Assembly (NCBI GenBank): GCA_051362555.1
Contig: CM120642.1
Coordinates: forward strand, 1,612,001 to 1,676,000
Direction of reading: 5' to 3'
Source: Lingula anatina
Lineage: Eukaryota > Animalia > Brachiopoda
Length of the DNA stretch: 64,000 nucleotides
Below are positions 37,701 to 49,649 of the stretch, piece after piece. Each line of letters starts with the position of its first letter. Position 1 is the first letter of the stretch. The notes beneath the pieces were generated by a model. The model searched no databases and was not told the DNA's origin. It saw only the letters and a list, made by a program, of their open reading frames with translations. Position numbers and translations under genes: made by a program.

Positions 37701-38674
37701 AACTAACTCATTTGATGATAACTGTGTGGTTGTTTCATTCATGCTGTAAGTCATTTTCCATCATTATATATGACTGTTTACAGCCATGAAAAGTGCATAT
37801 TATATATCATAGGTACTTGCTTAGAGAAGGTCAAGATCTTACGACACACAACATTTGTCCCTCCTCCACCTAGGCAAATGTTTGGTTACACTAATGGAGT
37901 ATGTTGTTGGACAGGTGTAATAATGGTCATCTGAAGTGGAGCATGCTGTTCTCATATTTGTGACAATATTGTGAAGGACTGTTGCCTTTTAAAGGAGAAT
38001 ATTAAGTAGTTACTCTTGCATGTAATAAGATTTTAAAAAGAAGTTGTATTTGATTCTTTCACTCATCAAACATGCTGTGAACTTTGTCAAAGTTATTTCT
38101 TCTAAACTACTTCAAGACAATCTGAGGCTAGTTAACTAGGGAAAAATTGGTTGTAAAAAGCAAGAAAAGGGAACAGCAAAAACACATTAAATAATTATAG
38201 TTAATTAAGGTAAAGCAGCATGCACTGTGCAGTACTGAATTACCCTATACAATCTCTGCAGTGAAATTTCAACATCAGGTTATTTTTGGGGAAATAAATT
38301 TTTGATTTTAATATTATAATATTCAATTTGTTTATCTTTTCATAATAATTATTTTATTAAAATTAAGTAGGATAATTTGTTGGGAAAGCTCTTTACTCCA
38401 TACATGTACAACACACACACTAGTACATGTACTAACAGGTAATAGACAGGTATTTGTAGCCCTAGGATAGAAAGGGGCACAGCATTAGTCACAGATAATC
38501 ACATGTGATAATCAGCTACTTTTTGGGCCTTAAAAAGCTAACATTGTTCAAATATGGACAAACAGGACCTGGAGGAGAGACTGCGCAATTTTTGTGCCAC
38601 CCTTGGACACAACTAAGATCTAATAAACGGATATTAGATCTTAGGACATAGTAACAAATTTTGTCCATGTGCCA

Positions 38675-39185
38675 CCAGATTATTTTGTTGTGATAATAGA
38701 GAAGAAGAACATAACAGCAGGTGACTCGAGGGTCAGTTTTTTGGTAGACAGGTGAAATAGGCTGGACATATTGTTGTGTATCTGATTGAGGTGAGATAAA
38801 CAACACTGAATTCAGTGAAGAGGGATCAGATCACAGGAGTCACCACTGTGAAGGAAGACAGAATATAAGTATTTTCAGGAGCTGAGGAGGGGCCATATTG
38901 AACTGTAACCAAAGTGTGCTGCCAGATTTTATGACGTGAAAATAGAGAAGAAGAACATCACAGTGGGGGACTCTATGGACAATCTTTTGATGGAGGTGTA
39001 CATATTGCTGTGTACCTAGTTAGAGTGACATAAACTACTGATAGAGGAGGGGCCTATTTAGAATCGCCACCATAAAAAAATTGAGCCTTAGAGGTGTCAT
39101 GTTGAACTGTAACTATTACAGTGGCACCACCTGATTACTCTGTTGTGAAAGTAGAAAACAAAGACCAGACAGCGGGTGACTCCAG
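38675..39185. repeat. Three degenerate direct repeats, about 210-245 bp apart
   Basis: gatt...gtga..atagagaagaagaacat.acag..gg.gactc block near 38677, 38922 and 39131. Confidence 0.65.
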
Positions 39186-42100
39186 GGATAAATAGTCTAC
39201 CAAGGGCACTGGTCTTGATTGCAGGTAATTAGTGAATGCTGTGAATGAGCTAGGACAAAGACAGTTAGTGCACTGGCAGATGGGCACTTGGAGACCTGAT
39301 TTGGACTAACTGTGGGAGATAGTGAATGAAGGTTTATTTCACAAACCATACCATTTGGATACTGCTGCATTTGCTACTCCAGCATGTGTGTTTTACCTGA
39401 TGATTTTATGAGATGACAAAATGCTTTGTTTCTGAGTAGGATAGGAACTGTGTCGTTATGCTGGGAGGATATCATACAAGATTTATTGTACCAGACTGCC
39501 TATGTGCATTAGTGATTATGATTTAATAATTCTTAAAACTTCATTGATACCAGTACAGGATTAACCAGTCTACTCACACTGGATTAGAACTGTTACCACA
39601 ATGGAGGATGTTATGAATGTTACCACGTGATATTTCAAAAACAAAGGAAGTAAGATTTGTGAAAGTTTTCATGTTTTGTTCTACGTTGCTGTAGAATTTA
39701 AAGAAATGAAAATACCCTAATAGAGGAGACACTGCCATCAGTTTGTAGAAATTTTCCTCAGCTCATTTTAAGGAAGCAGGAAATTTGGGCAGATCCGAAA
39801 TTTTTGAATACGTGTCAGGAGGCATATGTAAATTACGCAACAGGACTGAAATCTCATGACCTTGAAAAAAATGTGTGCATCGGCCTATTGTATTTTAATG
39901 TAAGCTGAAGACCTTCACCAAATATGTGTCTAGAGAAAAATAAAAAAGGCTTCGTTGAATCATTAAATTAATTGGCAGTACAGATCAAGACAAGAATTCC
40001 CATATTTGTAAAAGGACGAAGTTTTATGCCATTATAAGAAAAAAATAGAACTAGAGAGACCCAAACACAGTCATTGAGTGGGGTTACATTATGCATAATT
40101 TTCCTGCCTAGGAGTCCAAGGTTGATTTCAAACCCAATCAACATTCCTGGAGACACTGGCATAGTAGAAACAGAATAATTGTGTCCCTCATAAATGTCTG
40201 GGTTCAAATCAACGTTTCTAGAGTCAGTCAGACATGAAATGAGCACACACTTTACTATGAAGTGGTTATAGGATATATGGTTACAGAGGAAGCCGAGTCT
40301 TTAAAAATAAATTTGTGTACGTGGACTGGCTGTTCAGTGACATGTGAAGATGGAATGTGTTTTCTTCTGAACGTGCATAAGATATTTAAGACTCTTCAAA
40401 CTGGGATGACAGTAACCAGTGAGAACATTTGCGGAATACGTATGACATCTTGGATTGGTTCCCAGTTTCATTTTATTTTGACATACATGTAACTTTGACA
40501 TAACTTTGGTTGGTAAAAAAGTTTACACATCGTTTGCACTCGCTGAAGTCCTCCATGGCTCCTGCATAATGCAACTTTTCATGCTTCTGGATCAGGGATG
40601 TGAATGTCATGTTAGACTTCCCTGGGTAAAGCAGTAGTTTTAACATTGTTTTGCTTACATCTTGGATCCATTCCCATTGCTAAAACGCATGTGATAAATG
40701 TTATAACTATTTCAGTCGTGGGAGTTTTTTTTATCGCATATGAACAGTTGACAAGCAGTCTTTGAAAAAAATTTCAAAACTGGGAGTTACATGTATGTCA
40801 AAATAGGAGTTGTACTTTTATAATTTATTGACAGGACAAAACTTATTCTATGAATTGAAGGAGGTGTGACACTGGTCCTCAGACACTGAAACTTATAGGA
40901 GGTGCTCTAGCTTTAAATGAGCCAAACTACCTGTTACCATCATAACTACAAACTACAACTGACTTTAATTTGTGATCAAGTTCATTTAGCAGTTTTGCCT
41001 TCTTTTTGACTGCTGTATATTGTGAGTTGTGATGGCCAAGGTAAAGGATATATCTCAGAGCAGGGATGAAGGGGAGGAGGCAGGGGGAGTCAGACAGGGA
41101 CTACAGAGTGCTGTGTCTAACGAACACTGGATGGCATGGGCTGTAGCACTGTTTGCTGTGAGTTGAGGTCTTTAATTTTTTTGAAGTGTAGATGTCACAG
41201 TTTGGAGATCTTCTTTTTACAGTTGCTCATTGTTCACGGCTAATTAATATCCAGATGTTTGTGTTTTGTTGGATACCACTTGGTTTGTTTTCACTGGTGG
41301 TTTGAAGTATTAATCTTAAGTTAACTCATCATCTGAAATAACTTCAATATAAATATGCATAATCCATAGAACAGTCTTCACACGTACTCTCACATGCGCA
41401 CACACACACACACACATGTGTGCAGGCGCGTCCGCGCAACCCAAATACCTTGATAAACTCACAAACTTAGACTTTATTTGATATGCATTGTGGATTGGAA
41501 ATTCCAGTTTCAGGAGAGTGTTTAATATGCAAGTTTAGTTTGGTGGTAATTTAATGCTACATTATTTCGCGCAGCCTCAGTCACAAGACATTGGTTGATA
41601 TGCACAGTCACGTTTATTTAAAATGTGTTTTTGTTTTCTTTTTTGTATTCATTCAATGAGTTACAAGCCTGATGCCAAGAGGGCTGCTGAAGTGCACCAG
41701 TTTTTGTATATTTATGTACTAATTAATCAATTTTACTTGCTATTTTTAAGCATTTGGTCACAACATGTGAGAGATTTTGAGTGTCATTATGTCACGATTT
41801 GTAAAAAGTAGTTTTCTCCTTAGACAGAAGTCTATATCAGTAGCTCCAGTTTACCAAGCACATTATTATTCAAACCAAGAATTTTCATATTGGTTAAGAT
41901 TATGTGTTCTTTGGGGAAAAGGGGATGTTCTTTAGGGAAAAGGGGCTCCAGTCCCGTCAGCATGCATGGAAAGACCAGGTGTCCTATATTCCTACAGTTG
42001 AGCATAGGATCAACTAGCACAATTTCATTTTTTATCACAATCTGACACAGTCATCAGAAGACTATGACCTTGCAGTTCTGTAGAAAAGATAAGGTGTTTT

Positions 42101-45100
42101 GTTCATGTTGTGAAGAATGTAATCCAGTCTTGATGTTATTAATAGTAGAATGGCATATGAAGAAAGAGAAAGGCAATTATTGTGAAAAAAGGATAATATG
42201 TATGCAGGTCGGTAGTGATGGCAACCTTGCATATGATAATAGTTGGCTTGGATACATATGTTAAATGTATCCTGGATGCATGAGAATTTGAAAACTAAAA
42301 CCGACAGGAATGTTTCTTTTTGCTATAGTTAGCGTTGTATCGAATGTTAGGATAAGCCCTAGAAATATTTATTTAGAAAAAAAGGAAAGGACTAAGCAAG
42401 GAGGAGAATGGTATCTTCTGCATGAGTGAAGAAAACAAGACAAGGTTCCCCAAAAGATTGTATGTCTTAAAAAATCAATCTTAACAGAGAGATAAACACA
42501 CCTGATTGGACAGGGAGAGAAAGATGATTTATTTTGATGTAAAAATCCCTTCTCTCCAATCCAAGCTGGAACACAAGAGATTTCTATCTGTTCATTTGGT
42601 GCATCAAAGATAGATTGGAAATATCCAAGAAAGAGAAAAGAAAACACTGGACTAAATGTCAAGTGTTACTGCTGGCCTTTTATTCTGTAGTTGATAGATG
42701 CAACAGGAGACAAAAACTCCTACGTGAAAACTTTGATGTTAGTGTAGCAGTTAATGTAATGATTTTTTCCTCGACAGAAGGGGTATTGAGAAAAAACTTG
42801 ATGTTGTTTTTTGGCTGTCTGCCTGCTCCTTCACAGTGACTGTAAATTCAAAGCATGCCTGTAAAATTTATGTATTAACCCTGTCAAAAATGATACTGCA
42901 GCAATAAGGTACTAATTAATTCTCTGTTTGCTATGAACTCTTGAAGTGTTTTGAACACATGGAGTCTTATTAGGCTCATCCGTTTGTGCTGAAAATAAAT
43001 GCGTGCAAGCAAATAATCATATTGAGAGATGTGCAGGTATGGAATTTGAACCTCAGCAGTAGCACTTAACTAAATTGACTTATGTAGTAACAAAAAATTG
43101 ACACACAGCATGAAATTCAATTATGCTGGTATAAAAACCACTTCCATGCCATTTTTTATTTGATTTTATAGACCTGTATACATGAGGTTACTCACCTGGC
43201 CTAGGCTCATACATATATATAATACTATGTGTACTTTTAGGTTTAGAGCACATTCAGAACAACAGACTAACAGATACACGGATCAAATATGGCAACCCAC
43301 TAAAAAGCTTGCTGCTTAATTCCTAATTAGACATTGAATCTATAGATTCCCCTTGGGGATTACACAGTAAGCATTCAAGAAAAAAAGTTTTGAAACAATG
43401 CTGACAACAGGCCAGAACTATCTTCATATAGCCATTGTTAAAACAAGTCAGAGCTTCTCATTAGTGAATCTTACTCTTAAATTAGATGTCATATCGAGGT
43501 AGCAGGTATATTAAGCAAAAACCTCTACACTGGCAATTGTTCGATAAGGCTAGATAAAAGTAAAATGTCAGCTAAGGGCACTCTTTGTAAACAGTGTCAG
43601 TAGATGGAATTTATTTTTGTATTTAAAATATTTGATGTTTTATGAGCTTAACAGACAAATTTTAGGGTTGGTCAGGATTTTTCATTCATTATTTTTTCTT
43701 TCTTTTAGGGAGCGGGGGAAGGGGGAGTCTAAGCCACAATGTGAGCAGTTTAATAGTGTAAATAAACAGTGTAAATAAATAGTGTAAATAAACATTAAGA
43801 TTTTTCCTGGAATCATTCTTAAATTTCTGCCACTTTTATGACCACTATAATACCTAATTTCCATTTGAAAAAAAAAAAAAAAGGAGTAAAAATCAGGTTT
43901 CTCAAAATGAGGGTTATTCGCACTGGTAAATCAACTTATCAGTATTGATTGGCCTAACGATGGCATTGTCACAGCAGATACTGGTGGTTGTGTGACTTCA
44001 GTCATACAGCTTACTGATTGAATGTTGTTCTTAATACAAAGAAAGGCTAAGATCAACTTAGGTCATTGCCATGGATGCAAGTGACATCTCTTTATCATGA
44101 AAAGTTGAGTTCGTGAAGCGTTTTTTATCTTTGTTTTCCAGAAACATCCTTATTACTTTACTTTGGCAGGATGAAATATGGATTCATTTAAACGTTATCT
44201 TAGTTATCTTACAGGAAACTGTTGAATTGACTTGAGGAAAATATCTTTTCTGATTCCAAAACCTGGGCACTGGTGCCAGAATATCTCGGCTGATTCTGAT
44301 ATATTGGTAAAGATTGCAAGGCATTGGCACTGATTTTTAGGGCAACTAGACAGTGATTTTAGACATTATCAGAATAACCCAACAGAAGTTGTTAGCAAAT
44401 TTTTTTAAGTTGCAGCTGAGTATTGGGCTTGGGGAAAAGATTGACTTTATTAGAGGTGAGTGAGACATGCCAAACAGAATTCACATGAATAATTGGAGGA
44501 TATAATATCAAAGCAGTTAAAGCACCAAGTAGTACATTCAATGATTATATAATGATGTATATTATGTGTCCTTTTTGATATGAAGTCCTTTACAAATGCT
44601 ATTAGGATAAGAGTTATGTTGTTGACGTGCACATTAGTCTTGTATATCAATACCTTGTTACAAATACATGTAAACATGGTTTGTTCCCAGTTTAGAGTTG
44701 GTTTCAGCATCTACTTGTCTGTAAGATGCCTTGTAGTAAGACGTATGCAATAATTACACAGGTATGGCAGGGGATATTATTGGAAAAGATGGCCAGTTGC
44801 CAATAATTTTTATTACTAGTATAATATGTATGCAATACATTTTTAAAGAGGAAGGAGATGTTTTCATTTAAACTAAGGGAAGTAAGATACTAGTATGTAC
44901 AAATACATTACATATTAATGAGTTGGGCAGAAAGTTTTTAAATAAAACTGATAGTAAGTAAACTTTAAGGAGAATTTAGGTGTATATCAGGGATCCAGGT
45001 TCTTGCTGATATCCATGTCTAAATGTTATGTGCATGGGATGTTGATATTTCTACCTGCATTTACGGTGCATTCCCTGTGGTGTTGTCTTGTAAATTGATA

Positions 45101-45413
45101 AGCAGAATCTGGCCTTTATTTTTCAGTGAAATGTGGTGTGCTTATAGATAATTTGACTTATATTTCATTTTTTTAATCTGTGTAAGGCTTACATAGCACT
45201 TTAGTTAAAATTGAGCAATCTTGTACCCAAGAAGTTATGATTTTACTCCATGAATTTATAGTCCAGAACCTTCATGTGAATGGCGTAGTAAAGATTTATG
45301 TTGGCCTAAAATTGCACATGTGGTGTTTAGCACCAAGTTGGATATATATGCAGGAGGTGGTGAGAGCTGGCATGTAAAAACCTTCTTTACAGCCTACTGG
45401 CAGGACCTCCAAA

Positions 45414-45671
45414 ATGCTGGATCCTATGGTGGGGTTGAACATGAAGTGGGATGGGAGCAGGCGTTATTATAATGGCTACGGTTACAATAGCAGCCATAAT
45501 ATCAGTGAAAGCAATAGCAGTAACAGTTTGGAAAGATACCTGAAGTTTGGCAGTAATAGTAGTAGTAGTGAGGGGGATGGTCTTGATGGTGCCAGTGTGA
45601 GCAGCAGTAGTAGCAATAGCAGCAGAGCTCTATTGGAAAAATTTGCTGATGTGTATATGAAAGTCATGGTG
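45414..45671 (+). CDS. Candidate alternative first coding exon V6 of gene B (86 aa, Ser/Asn-rich)
   Basis: caaaATG, 86 open codons, GTG|GTAAGT in phase 0; closest to the constant exon at 47177. Confidence 0.7.
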
Positions 45672-47176
45672 GTAAGTATATAGTTTTTTTGTGTGTGTTC
45701 GCATAATAGATGTCTAATACCTATGCCAAGAAGGTTATGCTTTGACCTTTGTTAGTATTTTAAATTACAGCCCAACTCAAAATGTTATAGACAGAGGTTT
45801 TAATGATATTTTCTGGATAGGTCAGATATATGCTGATTTGGGTGTTGGTCAATTAATTAATTAATCAATTGATAATAATGAAAATTAAAAAAGCAGAAGT
45901 CTGTGCTCAGTAAGTGTTTTTCTGGTAATGTTACCTGTATGTGTAAATTTTTCTTTGATTTAGTTTAATTTAATACGGTTGAAATTTTCTCAGAAAGGAT
46001 TTCAAATGGACATTAAATGTTGTGAATGATAAATAGGTATCGGTATGTGCAAGTGCATCTTTACTACCATACGTTATATTATGTGTTCATTCATATAATG
46101 GTCACACAAAGCTATGTCCAATGACAATTTTTGCTGTTTATTTGTGGATGTGTGAAATATTTTAAAGGGAATTTTTGATGTTTATGAAGTGTGTTTGTGT
46201 GTGTTTACATTTTTTGAGTGCAGGTGAAAGTGCTCAATAGCTGTGATGTTTACTGTGTACTAGTAGCTGATCAACTCATATAGATACTTGTAAGAAAAGG
46301 TCGGACTTATATATACGGGTAGTATACTAGACTTGCTGTGTGATCAAGCAAGATTCCATGGGATTAAAAGGAGAGTGGGGTCAGGAATAATGGCAGAAGA
46401 GCAAGTGTGGTGCAGCAACTAATGAAATCTGATTAAATTTATCCATAGATATTTCTGGGTATTTTTTCTCATTATAAGTCCTGTAGAATTAAGCTAATTT
46501 GTTTGCCGTGTCCTGATGCCATTATCTCTGCTTGGGTTCAATATATTGTTGACAGCAGGCCAATCAGATATGTAAGAATCATTCCTGTAGAAACATTCTG
46601 GGCGTTCCTTATTTCCTTGAAACATATGCTCTAGGAACAGACAGGTAGAAAAGTAAGAAGATATAAAGCTGTGTGCTAGTACAGAATAAAATGAGTTAGA
46701 TGTTGGTGAGGTCTGAAATATGCCAACAGATGAACTGATTGCCCAGGTTGCAAAGTAATTATATAAGAAGATGAAAAAAAGGTATTAAGCTGTGTTCAGA
46801 ATAAAATGATTTAGATGTTGGTCTGAAATATACCAACAGATGAACAGCTAGATTGCTGAAGTTGCAAAGAGATATCTGTATACTTTTCCAGACATGTAAC
46901 AGCTTGGTATAAAACTGTTCTATCCAAGCAAACTACAGCAATAACAAAGTCATCCTTATATTTTATTTTTATTTTTATCAGGAAGGCATTTACCATAAGA
47001 GGGCATACACAATTCATATGGATATATTTCAGCTCATTAACTGTTAAATTTCTATGTAATATATCCAAATTTAATAATAACCAGGCATCCACTGGTTCTG
47101 AAATTAGGGTTACTATGGTAACAGATACACACCTGAACAACCTGACTAAAATGTGTCTACATTTTCATCTTCCCAG

Positions 47177-47393
47177 GGCCGGGATCAGAGCCAGACCGAG
47201 TCCGCCATGGAAGATTTCCGTGGCGTCATAGAGGCGGAAACAAGCTGGGCGGACGTCCACAGTGGAGAGGATGAAAACAAAGAGCGTGGCAACTGGACGA
47301 GTAGGGTGGAGTTCTTCCTGGCCTGCCTGGGGTATGCTGTGGGACTGGGAAACATATGGAGGTTTCCTTACCTTGTCTATAGGAACGGTGGAG
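47177..47393 (+). CDS. Gene B exon, TM1
   Basis: ttcccag|GGC in phase 0; [41 protein letters not shown]. Confidence 0.95.
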
Positions 47394-48606
47394 GTAGGAT
47401 AACAGTGATATTATAATGTTCATGTTAAAAAGAGCTCCTTTATAAAAACACCTATTTTAAAAGACTGTTGATTTATGTAAAAAAAAAGACCTCTTATGGG
47501 AAGCTAAGTTATCTATATGTGAAGAACACCAGTTATAAAAGATTGTTGGACAAATGATTCAAAGATTGAAGTGGTGATTTGATTTATTTGTCAGATGGAA
47601 TGTAGTCAGGTAATGGGAAAATAATCCTGAGCAAGATTTTGGGCTGAAACATTTGATGTTATTGATGTTTTTTAATATAGATACAACATGCTTTGTGATG
47701 TAATGTATTTTTACAGGAATTTTGGGACTGTATGATCCCTTGGTTTATTGTAAGCAGATTTTTGGGTTCATTATGTTTTTTTTGTAAACATATCACGCAG
47801 TCTTGTACAGATTTATACTGGGCGTCAAGAAACAGAATTTGTATCTCTATAAGAAATATTTCTTAAAGCTGAATAGAATGTGGTAAACAACACAGATTGA
47901 TGTATTCAGTGATAGATTGTCGCAATTTCCTATGTTTTTACCAAACGACCACAGCCTTTAGTGTCAGGAGGTAATTGCTAACTCCAATAAATCAGAAGAA
48001 CTATCAACAAGAGCTCAGTAGCCTTTGCTATAAACCCATGAATTAGACACCTTTCATGCCCAGAGAGTGATAGATATCCTCATAACTTGTTCTCATTTTC
48101 AGGTGCTTTCTTCATTCCATTTGTAATCATGTTGTTGTTCATTGGAGTTCCTCTGTTCTACCTGGAGCTGGCGTTTGGGCAGTTTGCCAGCCTGGGGCCC
48201 ATCACCATATGGAAGGTGTCGCCCATCTTTAAAGGTGGGTGTGCTGTAAACTCAGGGTTAATGTCTTCACATTTTCACCATCCTGTCATCATTATAATAA
48301 TCAATATGATCATTATCTACAGTATGATCGTCAATGTGAAGATAAGCACCATCATCAATATTAGCATCGTTATCATGATCATGTACAACCATTATTCATT
48401 TCTTTGTGGGTCTTTTTTTTCTTTCCCTTATTTTAGTTTTTGCATCTGTTTACTGTTCAGAATTGTTAATCTTCTTTACTATTTGAATGTTTGTAAACAA
48501 ATTTGTATAATGAGCCTTTTCAATATATTTTAATTGGAAATTAATTTTGAATTCAGAAAAGATGACTAATCTGAAACAATGAGATGTTCTCTAAATTATC
48601 ATTATA

Positions 48607-48650
<44 letters not shown>

Positions 48651-49598
48651 ATGGAATAGAAATTATTTTTATTAAAGAGATATTGTTATTATATTGTAGG
48701 AGTTGGATATGCCATGGTGATAGTCTCCAGTCTTGTTGCCATATACTACAATGTTATCATTGCCTGGACATTATATTACCTCTTTGCCTCCATGACTGCC
48801 GACTTGCCTTGGGCCCACTGTAATAATACATGGAATACACCCTGTAAGTTGACACATAAACAGTCTTTAATCTGTAATACTGGATGAAATGATGGTTGTG
48901 ATTTTGTTGGGAGTCACCCTGAATAATTAAATTAAGTAACGTCAAGAATATGATAATAAATGTTATTGACGTTGATTGTGTAATGTATATTAAAATCAGA
49001 TTTATTGTTTTCTTTCCATTTTCTTCCAGTGTGTTCAGAGAATGCCTACTCCATACAGTCCAACTTGACCACCACCACCACAGCAGCTCCTACTAAATCC
49101 ACACCTCTCTCCTCAGTATTAACAGACAGCAACTTGACCTCCAGTCTCCCCAATATCTCCAGTGTTAACCTGGCTGCCTTCCTGGCCAGTAACACTACCC
49201 AGAGTCCAGATACAGAGGTGGACATAGGAGAGACCATCACCACAGCGATAACGGCTGTAGTTAACGCCACACTGCCACAGTTTAGGAGTCCCAGTGAGGA
49301 GTACTTCAGGTGAGTCCAGTTATACCACAGCTGGCACTACAAACAATAACGCCTTTATTTTAATTACAACTGGTGTAGGCTTGCCTGTATTTGAATGTCT
49401 TCAGTGCAGTCTATGGTCTTCTTTGTCCTCTTGTAGAAGAAATACAAGTGCAATTTTCTTAGTTCTTTGTTCAAAGTGCCATCCAAGGAAGAAGTCATTT
49501 ACAAGCATATTTTGATGATGAAGAATATTTCAGGACAGGTTTGAAATGGAATAATTAAGAATCAATGAAGTATTGGTGGTGATCAATGAACTGATGAC

Positions 49599-49649
<51 letters not shown>

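Noticed and set aside
49573-49648. Poly-Ile N-terminus of the 246-aa ORF as a signal or TM segment
   Set aside because: It is the translation of the (TAA)n target tract, not part of the element's protein.
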